NCBI GenBank assembly: GCA_001823065.1
Contig: MHTJ01000002.1
Location: 53,532 to 117,531, forward strand
Length of the DNA stretch: 64,000 nt
Direction of reading: 5' to 3'
DNA from: Candidatus Vogelbacteria bacterium RIFOXYD1_FULL_44_32
GTDB taxonomy: Bacteria; Patescibacteriota; Minisyncoccia; Phycocordibacterales; XYD1-FULL-46-19
A program made the position numbers and the translations under genes. Shown here piece by piece: positions 53,402 through 63,711 of the stretch (positions are counted from its first letter, which is position 1; the number at the start of each line of letters is the position of its first letter). Under the pieces are notes generated by a model. That model saw nothing but the letters and a program-made list of their open reading frames with translations, searched no databases and had not been told where the DNA came from.

Positions 53402-55762
53402 TTATTGTCTCAAGCGGAAAAGAATTTCTTGTTCCACCTGACCTAAATCTCGCCCGTAGGTAAGGCGCGACAGCTCTTTGAGTTGTTCCGCCAGCTCGCG
53501 GGAGCCACCATCGACCCGAGGCACTTTAATATTGAAAGGTTTGGCTGGCTCACCATTTATTAAAATTTTTAAATAAGCATTTTGATTTTCAATGGAAATT
53601 AAATCATTTTCCGTAAAGGTCTGGCCGAAATGTTTGACTAAATGTTCAGCATCAGTGGTACCCACCCGAAAAGCGGCTAGCGAACCAACGTTGCCAAAAA
53701 CTGCCTCACGAATTTCATCGGTGAGTTGAGCAATAAATTGGTGCGCTAAAATTAAATTTAACCGATACTTCCGCGCTTCGGACAAAATAACCGAAATAGA
53801 GTCGGTGGTGAAATTTTGAAATTCATCAATGTATAAATAAAAATCTTTACGGTCATTTTCCGGAATATCAGTCCGCGACAAAGCCGCCAGTAGTAACCGC
53901 CCCGTACAAATCATCCCCAACAACCCGGCATTAATATCACCAATTTTACCTTTAGCAAGGTTCACCAACAAAATCTTCCGTCCATCCATTACTTCGCGGA
54001 AATTAAAGGCCGACTTAGGCTGGCCAATAATCGGTCGCATATAATCGTTGGCAATAAAATTACCAAACTTGGAGGTAATATAGGGCGTCATATTGGCCAG
54101 GCCCTGCTCACCGGTCGTTTTAGACGCTTCTTTTTCCCAAAAATCAATCACAGTTGGATTACTAATCCGCCCCAACTTTTTATTACGAAAAGCCGGGTCG
54201 GTAAATATCCGGGGTACCTCCATTAGGGTCGCCGGTTCATATTTGGCGTCTTCCATCAACAAAAGGAGGGAATTCCTCATATATTGCTCAAACATTGGCC
54301 CCATCGTCTCTTTATCAAACAACCGGTTGAAGATAGATTGAATTTCGTTGACAATAAAAGTTTTTTCCTCGGGGCGGTCAAAGTTATATTCCAGCATATT
54401 TAGCCCCAAAGGCCGACCCACATCGCCCGGGTTGAAAACAATCACATCTTCGAGACGCGAAGCGGGGACTCGTTCCAAAACTTTGTCCACCAACTCACCG
54501 TGGGGGTCGATAACACACAGACCCTTGCCCGCCTCCATATCTTGAGCAATGGTATTTAACATAAAATACGATTTACCGGTACCAGTCTGACCAATACAAT
54601 AAAAATGGCGCCGGCGGTCATTGTCGGCCATCCGCACCGGCTTCATATCCCCCCGAAACAAACTTTCACCCACCACCACTCCAGCTGGAGGTAAATTTTG
54701 GGGTGGGGGGGCTTCCCGACTCTTTAGCCACTTGATCCGTGGAATATCCGTGGTCACAGTCGGAAAGTGAAAGATGCTAGCAATTTCCTCGGTATTTAAA
54801 ACTATAAACTCTTTTGGCTCTGACTCACGGAAAATATATTGATGCACCAATTTTTTTATTTTTTTACCCTTGGGCAAAACCAGCTTAAAGCCATTGCGCC
54901 GGGGTGAAGAAAATTGGCTAAAAGCCCCCCCGATGGCGAGCATAATATCACCAGCTTCATTGTCGGTATCACCAGCAGCTACCACCCGGACATTGACATT
55001 GAACAATGGTTTGCGAATCTTGGCTTCAATTGATTCAATCACTTCATTGTCAATCGGCGCTGAGTCTAATTTTTTATCATCATCTTTTTTAGATGAAGAA
55101 AACAATTCGCCGGCAATTTCTGACACGGGAGCAAAAGTTTTATAACTTTTTAATATTTTTTTTAGTTTTTCACCTTTCCTTAATTTGGCCACAATATCTA
55201 AAGCGGTTTTTTTAAATGACGTCCCAGCTGGTGAAATCACTAGTTGAAGGGCCGCCCCATCACCCTCTTCCCGTAGGCGTGATAAGGTCGAGACAATCGG
55301 GGCAAAAGAATCTACTTCCGCCTCTCGATAAGTACGAATCGGAACAAAAGGAGCTTCTTCCAGTGCCAAATAACCAGCTCGCACTCCATGCTCGTTGGCA
55401 AAAATAGTATAATCGGCCACTTCATCTACCTGGGAATCGGGGAAAAAACCTTGGATTTGGCGAGCAACAAACTCGAGCTGGTTCCGAGGCGCACCAACAT
55501 AAAAATAGATATCGCCCCCAGAGCTATGGACCGCTGTCTCTAAAACAAATGGTTCTTTAATAGCAGTTAAAGCTGACAAAAATTGCTCAAGTAAATTAAT
55601 ATCAAATAAAAAATCCTTCTGGTCCTTGGCTTCGCGCCGAGCAATTTTGACCAATAATATTTTAAGATTTAGTGAATCAAACCGTTGGCGGTGCCATAAA
55701 ATATAAACACCACCAGCCATTAGGCCTAAAATAATAATTAGTAAAATAAAATATACGGTCAT
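53402..55762 (-). CDS. membrane-anchored FtsK/HerA/VirD4-superfamily P-loop ATPase (T4SS coupling-protein-like or DUF87-like)
   Basis: N-terminal TM helix; Walker A GQTGTGKS; Walker B LYIDEFQNF; C-terminal ARKYRLNLILAHQFIAQL (the RKxGxxxxxAxQxxxQL motif of TrwB/VirD4 and HerA). Confidence 0.75.
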   Translation of the reverse strand: MTVYFILLIIILGLMAGGVYILWHRQRFDSLNLKILLVKIARREAKDQKDFLFDINLLEQFLSALTAIKEPFVLETAVHSSGGDIYFYVGAPRNQLEFVARQIQGFFPDSQVDEVADYTIFANEHGVRAGYLALEEAPFVPIRTYREAEVDSFAPIVSTLSRLREEGDGAALQLVISPAGTSFKKTALDIVAKLRKGEKLKKILKSYKTFAPVSEIAGELFSSSKKDDDKKLDSAPIDNEVIESIEAKIRKPLFNVNVRVVAAGDTDNEAGDIMLAIGGAFSQFSSPRRNGFKLVLPKGKKIKKLVHQYIFRESEPKEFIVLNTEEIASIFHFPTVTTDIPRIKWLKSREAPPPQNLPPAGVVVGESLFRGDMKPVRMADNDRRRHFYCIGQTGTGKSYFMLNTIAQDMEAGKGLCVIDPHGELVDKVLERVPASRLEDVIVFNPGDVGRPLGLNMLEYNFDRPEEKTFIVNEIQSIFNRLFDKETMGPMFEQYMRNSLLLLMEDAKYEPATLMEVPRIFTDPAFRNKKLGRISNPTVIDFWEKEASKTTGEQGLANMTPYITSKFGNFIANDYMRPIIGQPKSAFNFREVMDGRKILLVNLAKGKIGDINAGLLGMICTGRLLLAALSRTDIPENDRKDFYLYIDEFQNFTTDSISVILSEARKYRLNLILAHQFIAQLTDEIREAVFGNVGSLAAFRVGTTDAEHLVKHFGQTFTENDLISIENQNAYLKILINGEPAKPFNIKVPRVDGGSRELAEQLKELSRLTYGRDLGQVEQEILFRLRQ

Positions 55763-55765
55763 AGA

Positions 55766-56146
55766 CTAATTGACTAAACCTCGTTTTTTTAGTTCAGCGT
55801 GAACCTTGTCGGTTAGGGTATCGTGAAAAGCATCTTCGTCTAAAAAGGAAAGTTTTTTGGCTTCAGCGATGGTTTTAGCTAAACCCTTGGTAAACACGCG
55901 GTCCACCAAATAAGCTACAGTTTGTTCAACTTCCTCCGGCAAAGTTTCTAAATAAGAACTTTCACTGCCTTCGGCGACAGGTGGGACGACCCGGGGGGTA
56001 GCGCTAAAATCAGTTATAGCTTCACTAACCAAGTCTTTATCAGATATGATTTTGTTTTCTGTTTCCAAATTTCGTCGTTTTTCCGCAATCCGCTCCTCTA
56101 GTTCAGCAATTTCTGCTTCGATATGTTGTGCTATTTTTTGCTCCAT
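55766..56146 (-). CDS. hypothetical coiled-coil protein, co-operonic with the ATPase
   Basis: 4-bp intergenic gap; 126 aa. Confidence 0.5.
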   Translation of the reverse strand: MEQKIAQHIEAEIAELEERIAEKRRNLETENKIISDKDLVSEAITDFSATPRVVPPVAEGSESSYLETLPEEVEQTVAYLVDRVFTKGLAKTIAEAKKLSFLDEDAFHDTLTDKVHAELKKRGLVN

Positions 56147-56214
56147 AATTATGAGCTAATTATACCTCAATAAAATCCAAACCGAAAAGAAAACTAGTGT
56201 GATATAGTAGGGCA

Positions 56215-58131
56215 GTGGAATATTTAAGTGACTTAAACAACAAGCAAAAAGAAGCAGCGCTAGCTATTAGCGGGCCGGTTTTAATTGTGGCCGGTGCGGG
56301 CGCTGGTAAAACCAAGACGATTATTAGCCGAATTACTCACTTGATTAAAAATGGGGTGGCGCCGGAACATATTTTAGCGGTTACTTTTACCAATAAGGCC
56401 GCTAAGGAAATGACCAACCGCTTAGTGGTCGCTCTCGGGGGTGATAAAAGTTTACAAGGGGAAAAACTACCTTTTGCCAGCACTTTTCACTCACTCGGGG
56501 TCCATATTTTACGCGGTCATGCTCAAATTATTGGCCTCAATCGCTTTTTTACTATTTTAGACCGCGACGAATCTTTGGCTCTCGTCAAAACTGCCATGGA
56601 CCAAGCGGGGGTGGACAAAAAACAGTACGAAGCCCGCAAAATCCTCGGCGCCATCTCGCGCGAAAAAGGTAAGGGGGTGCGCGTGGCCGAATACCGACTA
56701 AAAGTTGAGGGCTGGTGGCAAGAAATCGTGGCTAGTGTGTGGGAAAAATATGATAAGTTGGCCCACGAAGCCAACGCTCTCGACTTTGATGACCTACTAC
56801 TTTCAACCGTTCTATTACTCGCTGGCCATGAAAATATTCGACAGCTTTACCAAGACCGCTTTCGCTATATTCATATTGACGAATATCAAGATACCAACAA
56901 TGTGCAATATTCACTAGCCAAACTTTTGGTTGGGCCCGCTAAAAATATTTGTGTGGTCGGGGATGTGGACCAGTCTATTTATAGCTGGCGCGGGGCCGAC
57001 TTTACCAACATGCTACGGTTTGAGGAAGATTATCCAGAAGCCAAGGTAATACTTCTCGAGCAAAACTATCGTTCGACTAAAACAATTCTCTCGGCCGCCA
57101 ATGAAGTAATAAAGAAAAACCGCGAGCGGGTGGAAAAAAATTTGTTTACGGAAAATAGCGACGGTGAAAAAATAAATCTCACTGCCAATTTATCCGAAGG
57201 AGAGGAAGCGAGAAATATTGTTGATAAAGCCAAGGTTTTAATTGCTGCCAAAACCCCAGCCGAAGAAATTGCTATTTTGTATCGAGCCAACTTTCAGTCG
57301 CGCGTTTTGGAAGAAGCCTTTCTCAAAGCCAATGTGCCATATCAGGTATTGGGCGTCCGCTTTTTTGAACGCAAAGAAGTGAAAGATATTTTAACTTACT
57401 TCCGCGCCGCCCTTAATCCGAGTGATTTTGAAGCACTGAACCGGATTATTAATGTGCCAAAGCGGGGAATAGGCAAAGCGACACTGGCTAAAGTGAGTGC
57501 GGGCCAAGAAGAATTTTTACCGCCGAAAATGATTGAGAAATTAGCCAGCTTCCGTGCCCTTCTTACCAGCTTGCGCCACAAGATTGAGCGGGAAAAAATA
57601 AGTGACAATATTAAATATGTTTTAACCGCTTCGGGTTTAGACAAAGAACTACTGCAAGAAGGGGAAGAGGGGTTGGAGCGCCTGGAAAACATTCGTGAGC
57701 TGGTAACTTTAGCCCAAAAATATGACGACCTACCAGGTGAAGAAGCAATTTTAGCCCTGCTCACCGAGGCGGCGCTGGTGTCTGATCAAGACACCTTACA
57801 AGAAGAAAAAAATGGGGTCCGACTAATGACGGTGCACGCTTCCAAGGGCCTAGAGTTTGATGTGGTATTTGTCGCCGGCTTGGAGCAAGGGCTTTTTCCT
57901 CATAAAGGTTTTGGCGAAAGTGACCGCGATGAAGAAGAGGAACGCCGACTATTTTATGTAGCGATTACCCGCGCTCGGAAAAAACTTTTCCTGTCTTATG
58001 CCCAGCTCCGCACTATTTTTGGTTCGCAACAAGTAAACACCCCATCCGAGTTTATTTTAGACATTCCCGACGAGCTAATCGAGGGTGCCGACCCCGCTGC
58101 CCCGCAGTATGAGTTTTTGTTGGATTTTTAA
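56215..58131 (+). CDS. pcrA: ATP-dependent DNA helicase PcrA/UvrD
   Basis: Walker A AGAGAGKT, UvrD helicase motifs, C-terminal domain; 638 aa. Confidence 0.9.
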   Translation: MEYLSDLNNKQKEAALAISGPVLIVAGAGAGKTKTIISRITHLIKNGVAPEHILAVTFTNKAAKEMTNRLVVALGGDKSLQGEKLPFASTFHSLGVHILRGHAQIIGLNRFFTILDRDESLALVKTAMDQAGVDKKQYEARKILGAISREKGKGVRVAEYRLKVEGWWQEIVASVWEKYDKLAHEANALDFDDLLLSTVLLLAGHENIRQLYQDRFRYIHIDEYQDTNNVQYSLAKLLVGPAKNICVVGDVDQSIYSWRGADFTNMLRFEEDYPEAKVILLEQNYRSTKTILSAANEVIKKNRERVEKNLFTENSDGEKINLTANLSEGEEARNIVDKAKVLIAAKTPAEEIAILYRANFQSRVLEEAFLKANVPYQVLGVRFFERKEVKDILTYFRAALNPSDFEALNRIINVPKRGIGKATLAKVSAGQEEFLPPKMIEKLASFRALLTSLRHKIEREKISDNIKYVLTASGLDKELLQEGEEGLERLENIRELVTLAQKYDDLPGEEAILALLTEAALVSDQDTLQEEKNGVRLMTVHASKGLEFDVVFVAGLEQGLFPHKGFGESDRDEEEERRLFYVAITRARKKLFLSYAQLRTIFGSQQVNTPSEFILDIPDELIEGADPAAPQYEFLLDF

Positions 58132-58169
58132 TACTCGCTTAAAGGATTGCAATGTAATAGGATAAACTT

Positions 58170-58952
58170 ATGGAATTTATTCACGCGAAAAAATCATTAG
58201 GACAAAACTGGCTGGTGTCACAGTCGGCCTTAGCTAAAATAGTAGACGCGGCGGGAATACAAAGAGGTGAGCGGGTACTGGAGATTGGCCCAGGCAAAGG
58301 AGTGCTGACCGAAAAACTACTAGCCGTGGGTGCGGAAGTGACAGCCATTGAAAAAGATCGACGACTAACTTTGCCCCTGCAGGAAAAATTTGCGCCAGAA
58401 ATAAAAAACGAACAACTGGTTTTACTCGAAGCCGACGCTTTAAAACTGCCTGAAAGTTTGCTGGCTGACCTCACCCCCTACAAATTAGTGGCCAATATCC
58501 CATATTATATTACCGGTGAAATCATCCGTAATTTTTTAGAGTCAGATTTTCAACCACTTAAAGCGGTGATAATGGTGCAAAAAGAAGTGGCCCAAAGAAT
58601 AGTAGCGAGTGACAACAAGCAAAGCATTCTCTCAATCAGTGTTAAGGCCTATGGCGAGCCCAGTATCGCTGGTATTGTACCTCGGGGTGCTTTTCGACCA
58701 GTACCCAATGTTGATTCGGCAATTTTGGTAATTTCCAATATTAATAAAAACTTTTTCGGTCAAATCGATGAAAAAAAATTCTTCAGTATTATTAAAAAGG
58801 GTTTTGCCCAGAAACGAAAACTACTAAAATCAAATTTGAAAATAACAACTGATGCACTAAAAAGTTGTGGGTTAGACGAAAAAGTACGCGCCGAAGACCT
58901 AACCCTTGCCGAGTGGCGATGTCTAGCGGAAAAAATAGAATACCGAACCTGA
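58170..58952 (+). CDS. rsmA: 16S rRNA (adenine1518/1519-N6)-dimethyltransferase
   Basis: LGQNWL motif, SAM-binding VLEIGPGKG. Confidence 0.9.
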   Translation: MEFIHAKKSLGQNWLVSQSALAKIVDAAGIQRGERVLEIGPGKGVLTEKLLAVGAEVTAIEKDRRLTLPLQEKFAPEIKNEQLVLLEADALKLPESLLADLTPYKLVANIPYYITGEIIRNFLESDFQPLKAVIMVQKEVAQRIVASDNKQSILSISVKAYGEPSIAGIVPRGAFRPVPNVDSAILVISNINKNFFGQIDEKKFFSIIKKGFAQKRKLLKSNLKITTDALKSCGLDEKVRAEDLTLAEWRCLAEKIEYRT

Positions 58953-58956
58953 CTAA

Positions 58957-58999
58957 AACCCAAACCCCCGCGCCGTAGGCGCGGGGGTTTGGGTTTTGG
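58957..58999. terminator. bidirectional terminator
   Basis: aaacccaaacccccgcgcc-gtag-ggcgcgggggtttgggtttt. Confidence 0.75.
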
Positions 59000-59003
59000 T
59001 TAA

Positions 59004-60650
59004 TTAAGCTCCACAATCGTATTCTTTAGCTTCCCTTACATTATTGACATGATTTTGGGCCACATCGGTTGTACCCTCTCTCATCATTTGTTCATTGCGA
59101 ACCGCCCGACCGCCAGTGTCATCGGCATAACCACCGGGTGCTGTGTCAGTCACCTCGTAGGCCGCCCGTTCCCAATTCTCATCTTTAATCGCCCCCCACA
59201 TTTCATGAAAACCACCCAAACCACTACTGCCTTGCGCCCCCATATTATAAGCCATATCAATTAGCACAATCTGCCGGCCTTCGGTCAGTGATTCAAAGTG
59301 TACCCCATTAGCCGCGGCCGCATTTCTAGCTTGGTGTTCATAACCTGGGTAATCCCGTTCAAATAAATCACCGACTTCATCATTGGTTAAAGTTGCATTC
59401 GGATCAACTCCATCGCCAGGCACAATAAAGTGTCCAACACCCACCGAACGCCCCCCAGCATCGGGATAAGAAGTGGTGTGCCACCCCTCGTTGGCAATAA
59501 TATACTGCTTAGCCAGACATTTATTTAGGTTTTGGGGCTCACGAGCGCCGTCAAAAATAACATGCCAGTGGCGAGTCACCCCATCCCGCTGTTCGTCCAC
59601 AAAGCGGGTCCGCCCCACATCTAAAGCTAAAACATACTGTGTACCATAACCGACATTTTCCGGTGCACTAATCGTGTTTTCCTTAATATAGTCGTCTAAA
59701 CAGGCGGTTCCTAAACGCAAATCTACCACCGCCTTACACTGAGCATGGCTCGAGTGGCCCGGCTCGGTCCCTCCCGTAATCACCACTGGGCAACTGGCCC
59801 CCACCTTACCTTTTAGCTCAATTAGGCCATCAATGGCAATTTGAGGTAGACAGCGAAGGTCAGTACAGGAATAGAGAGGCTTACCATTACTATCAGTACC
59901 AGTCTTGGTCGACTGGCACTGATCATTAGGGTTTTCGCGCGGACAAGGACCTTTATTGATCTGAATTCCCCCCGCCGTCAGCTCGGAGCGAGTTTCTTCT
60001 TCGCTTTTGCCATCGCGACAGCTACAAGAACATGGCTCAATCGTTTCTGAGTTGTCTTCACGGTCAGTACAGCCATCGTCATCGGGATAATCAACCTTGC
60101 CATCACCGTCGTTGTCACGACCGTCGGAACATTGGGCATCAGCCTCACTGTTGTCTCTGGCCGAAGTACAACCGGTGTCATTGGGGTAGTCGGTCCGACC
60201 ATCACCGTCGTTGTCACGACCGTCGGAACATTGGCTTTGGGTCTCCTCGGGAGGGGGGTTGGTATTTAGCTGACCTCCTGAAGTACCAACCATAAAAATT
60301 CGCGGGAAAGCTATCCGATTATTTACCACTTTTGGCCGACAACCATGAGACGTAATCACCAAACACTGGGCCGCTCCTTCCCATGTTCCTAAAATTTGTT
60401 CTCCAATTTTCATTTTATAAAACTGGTACAAAATACTGCCGAAATCGAAAGAAAGGACCCGGGGTAAGTCATCTTTAGGTGGCCTGACTGTAATAATCCA
60501 ATTGACTGAACAATTGCAAAAAAACTTATCAACAATCAAACCACCAAATGGATTATTTTCAGCTAAAGCGGCCAAGGCCGGCACTGGCAGCAAAAAATTG
60601 ACCACAAAAATAGCGAGTAAAAGCGATTTTAACCAGTGGCGACTAAACAT
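59004..60650 (-). CDS. secreted protein: MopE-like Cys/Asp-rich metal-binding repeats plus a C-terminal T4-type (GH24) lysozyme domain
   Basis: Signal peptide; two QCSDGRDNDGDG(R/K)xDYPxDxGC repeats; lysozyme signature NEGWHTTSYPDAGGRSVGVGH (EG...YxDxxGxxTxGxGH) and IDMAYNMG. Confidence 0.8.
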   Translation of the reverse strand: MFSRHWLKSLLLAIFVVNFLLPVPALAALAENNPFGGLIVDKFFCNCSVNWIITVRPPKDDLPRVLSFDFGSILYQFYKMKIGEQILGTWEGAAQCLVITSHGCRPKVVNNRIAFPRIFMVGTSGGQLNTNPPPEETQSQCSDGRDNDGDGRTDYPNDTGCTSARDNSEADAQCSDGRDNDGDGKVDYPDDDGCTDREDNSETIEPCSCSCRDGKSEEETRSELTAGGIQINKGPCPRENPNDQCQSTKTGTDSNGKPLYSCTDLRCLPQIAIDGLIELKGKVGASCPVVITGGTEPGHSSHAQCKAVVDLRLGTACLDDYIKENTISAPENVGYGTQYVLALDVGRTRFVDEQRDGVTRHWHVIFDGAREPQNLNKCLAKQYIIANEGWHTTSYPDAGGRSVGVGHFIVPGDGVDPNATLTNDEVGDLFERDYPGYEHQARNAAAANGVHFESLTEGRQIVLIDMAYNMGAQGSSGLGGFHEMWGAIKDENWERAAYEVTDTAPGGYADDTGGRAVRNEQMMREGTTDVAQNHVNNVREAKEYDCGA

Positions 60651-60758
60651 ATTGGTATTAGTTTAGCAAATCTTGGCTCTTTACTCTACTGATATCCCCG
60701 TTTAGCGCTTAAAACAAATGCAAAACTATACTTCTCATACTATAATATAAACAATAAC

Positions 60759-61499
60759 GTGAAGAAAAAATTGGGGCATAAAAAAATAATTGTTGGAGCG
60801 GTGATTGGGCTTACACTGGTTGGTCTTTTTCTGTGGTGGCTGGGTAACAAGGTAGAGGAGATTGCGCGCGCCACCGACCTAAACGCCACTTCCACTGAAA
60901 CTATCACCAAACCAGCCAGCTTTTGGTCTAATCTGTTTGGAGATAAAGACAATGAAGAAACCACCACCCGACCAGCTTCCACCAAAAAAGATGGGGTCCG
61001 CCCGCTGGGTGCCCCCACCGTCACTTTGGCTGATTTGAAAATCACCAAAAACGAAACCACTAGCTCAATTGAAATCTACGGTCGCCAGTTGGCCACCACC
61101 CTAAAGCCCCTTGGCACCCCCCGGCCCAATGAGGCGGAACTTTTGCTTAGCCTACTAGAAACCAAAGACGAGACGACTGCCAACAAAATATATCAAGCGG
61201 GCAAAGTTCACTTAAAAATTTTCAACAACCTCAAGACAATGACTGTGCCAGAAACAGCTTCGGCTCTACACCTAAAGGTAGTCCAGAACATCGCTAAAAC
61301 TATGGTGGCTCTGGCCAATATGAGCGAGGCCCTAGAAGACCCCACTATGGCTATTTCTGACGGCCTCAAATACCAAGTTGAAGCCCTAGAACTTTTTGAT
61401 TCGATTGCTGCCTTAAATGATTATTTTGTCACCAAGGGCATAGTATTTACCCCCGACGACAAGATAGTGATTTATGTTAATGTCGACGACCAAATATGA
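60759..61499 (+). CDS. membrane-anchored or secreted hypothetical protein
   Basis: N-terminal TM helix or signal anchor IIVGAVIGLTLVGLFLWWL. Confidence 0.55.
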   Translation: MKKKLGHKKIIVGAVIGLTLVGLFLWWLGNKVEEIARATDLNATSTETITKPASFWSNLFGDKDNEETTTRPASTKKDGVRPLGAPTVTLADLKITKNETTSSIEIYGRQLATTLKPLGTPRPNEAELLLSLLETKDETTANKIYQAGKVHLKIFNNLKTMTVPETASALHLKVVQNIAKTMVALANMSEALEDPTMAISDGLKYQVEALELFDSIAALNDYFVTKGIVFTPDDKIVIYVNVDDQI

Positions 61500-63706
61500 A
61501 ATCCTTTCCGTCCCGAGACATTTTTATATTTAGCCTAGTGGCCCTGGTTTTAGTGGTAATTTTAGCCAACCACCATGTGCTAGCCCAAACTGAAGAAACT
61601 GATTTGGGGCCCCTACAACAAGTACCCCCGGACACCGGTGGCACCGAAGAAACCGACCCCAGCCCTTTTGATATTGAACCATTACCCGGCGAGACCCCGA
61701 GCCCCAACCCCAGTGACGACGGTTTTGAATCCGACCTTACCGATATTTTTAACGGCGAAATAGGCGACAATGGCAATACCTCTAATCCTAGTGACGATGC
61801 CTCAGCCGCCGCCGATGAAGCCAATAAAACCGCTCGTGAAGCAATTGTGGCAGAGCGCAAAGAAGATGAAAACCTTAACGGAAATGGCGAGAGCGAGGTA
61901 GATGACTGCGAACAAGAATATGAAGTCCGCGAGCGTGACCGCGCTGGGCGCTTTGTGCCGGTAAAAGAAGTCGAGGGCATGCTAATGCAGTTTGCTCGCG
62001 ACACCAACCAGCAGGTCGGCAAAATAAACCTAGTCAACCAGCAAATGTGTTTACATTTAAAAGCCCTAAAGCGAGTCGCTTATAAATTTGAAATTGCTGA
62101 ATTTTTAGAGAAGCCTCAGTTGCGCACGGTGGCTGGCCAAGCGATCAATGAATATAAAAAGCAGTTGTTTAATTTTGTGAACACTGGTTATCAAAGCGAC
62201 TTCCGCGAAAACTCACCCCAGTTTGTGGATGATCAAGAGGAAAATTTTGCCGAAGGAGCCGCCGAAGCTACCGTGAGAGTAATAGACGCTGTGGAAAAAA
62301 CCAGCTCACCCTATAAAGATGTAGCTAGAGAAACTATTCAAAAACAAACAGCTAATAATCTTGAGACTGAACTGTCTTGTCCATTGAGCGCCGAGGATAT
62401 TCAAAAAGCTAACAACCCAAAATCAGATATGAAAGCCTCACAAAGGTTGGACACCCTTCTAATAGTAAAATCACAACCTGGTTGTAGTACGCGAGGGACA
62501 TATCTCAAAACTATGAATTTATTATCAGCAGAGATTGCGGACGAAAACGCCAACCGTAGATTGTCATACATAGCCTCTGGAGGATACAAACCAATTAGGG
62601 AATGTATGGAACAAAATGCCAATGGTGAATGTCTAAAATATCGCACCACTGTGCCCGTCTCGGCTATTAAAGACACCGTCGGCAGTGCCCTAACCGCCAA
62701 CTTAGAAAGATATTTGGTCGCCCAACCAGGCGATATAGACAAAGAAAATGCCAACGGACCTCAACTACCAGAACTTCTTACTCTTACCCCTTCTTATAGT
62801 GGAAATATTGCTATGCCCACCGGAGATGAAACCAACCTAAACAGTGGCCTAACCCCTCCCACCGGCGGAGACCCGGACCCAGGTAGTGGTGGGGGGACAG
62901 GCGGTGGGGGTAGTGGCGGAGGCACGGGCGATATTGGCGACAATTTCGACCTAGTCGACTTTTTGCAGGACTATCTAGATTTTAGTCTACCGACAGAACC
63001 AGCTATCCCCGACGAAGCCACCTTGCGCAATCCCGAGCTACCACCCCTTATTTTTACCTATTACCGCACCCCCAGCGAAGCCGATCTAAACAATGACCCC
63101 AATCTGGTCAACTATATTCGCCTCGGCTGGATGTCGCTAAACGCCCAAAAATGTAAAGTGGGCAACAATTGGATCGGAGGCACCTTTATGGAAGACTCGG
63201 TCGAGGCTATATATGATGCCGAAGACAATATCGAGATAGCCAACACTAAAGTGATTGATATGCCCCTTACTTTTTATGCCTATCTAACCCGCGAAAGAGA
63301 AGTGGTGACCGATAATAATATTTTACGCCCCGACGAAACCAGTATCGATATCGACAACTTTGCGCTACCAACCTCGGTTTATAAAAAGCTCCTCCAAGTT
63401 ACGGCAATAAATTTTCACGCCTTCGATGTTAAAGAGGGTGACATTTTTACTCTGCACATAAAAACTGCGCGTGGGGGATTTGAAGATATTTATCTCGAGA
63501 TTTCAAACCAGACTAGTATTCCCCAAGTTATCAGCCAATTTCAAACCGCTATCACAAGCGCCGGCAGTAGCGAACTGGCTAACTTTAAGATTGTCTATAA
63601 CACTACCGATGGCATAATTTCTATTGTGACCGAACCAAAATATGTAATTGTATGTGAAAACAATAAGGGGGTATCGTCAAAGACAATAACGGTAGAAAGA
63701 CGTTAA
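61496..63706 (+). CDS. large secreted hypothetical protein with acidic N-terminus and Gly-rich linker
   Basis: Signal peptide IFIFSLVALVLVVILANHHVLAQ; GGDPDPGSGGGTGGGGSGGGTGD linker; start overlaps the previous stop by 4 bp. Confidence 0.65.
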   Translation: MKSFPSRDIFIFSLVALVLVVILANHHVLAQTEETDLGPLQQVPPDTGGTEETDPSPFDIEPLPGETPSPNPSDDGFESDLTDIFNGEIGDNGNTSNPSDDASAAADEANKTAREAIVAERKEDENLNGNGESEVDDCEQEYEVRERDRAGRFVPVKEVEGMLMQFARDTNQQVGKINLVNQQMCLHLKALKRVAYKFEIAEFLEKPQLRTVAGQAINEYKKQLFNFVNTGYQSDFRENSPQFVDDQEENFAEGAAEATVRVIDAVEKTSSPYKDVARETIQKQTANNLETELSCPLSAEDIQKANNPKSDMKASQRLDTLLIVKSQPGCSTRGTYLKTMNLLSAEIADENANRRLSYIASGGYKPIRECMEQNANGECLKYRTTVPVSAIKDTVGSALTANLERYLVAQPGDIDKENANGPQLPELLTLTPSYSGNIAMPTGDETNLNSGLTPPTGGDPDPGSGGGTGGGGSGGGTGDIGDNFDLVDFLQDYLDFSLPTEPAIPDEATLRNPELPPLIFTYYRTPSEADLNNDPNLVNYIRLGWMSLNAQKCKVGNNWIGGTFMEDSVEAIYDAEDNIEIANTKVIDMPLTFYAYLTREREVVTDNNILRPDETSIDIDNFALPTSVYKKLLQVTAINFHAFDVKEGDIFTLHIKTARGGFEDIYLEISNQTSIPQVISQFQTAITSAGSSELANFKIVYNTTDGIISIVTEPKYVIVCENNKGVSSKTITVERR

Positions 63707-63711
63707 AGATA

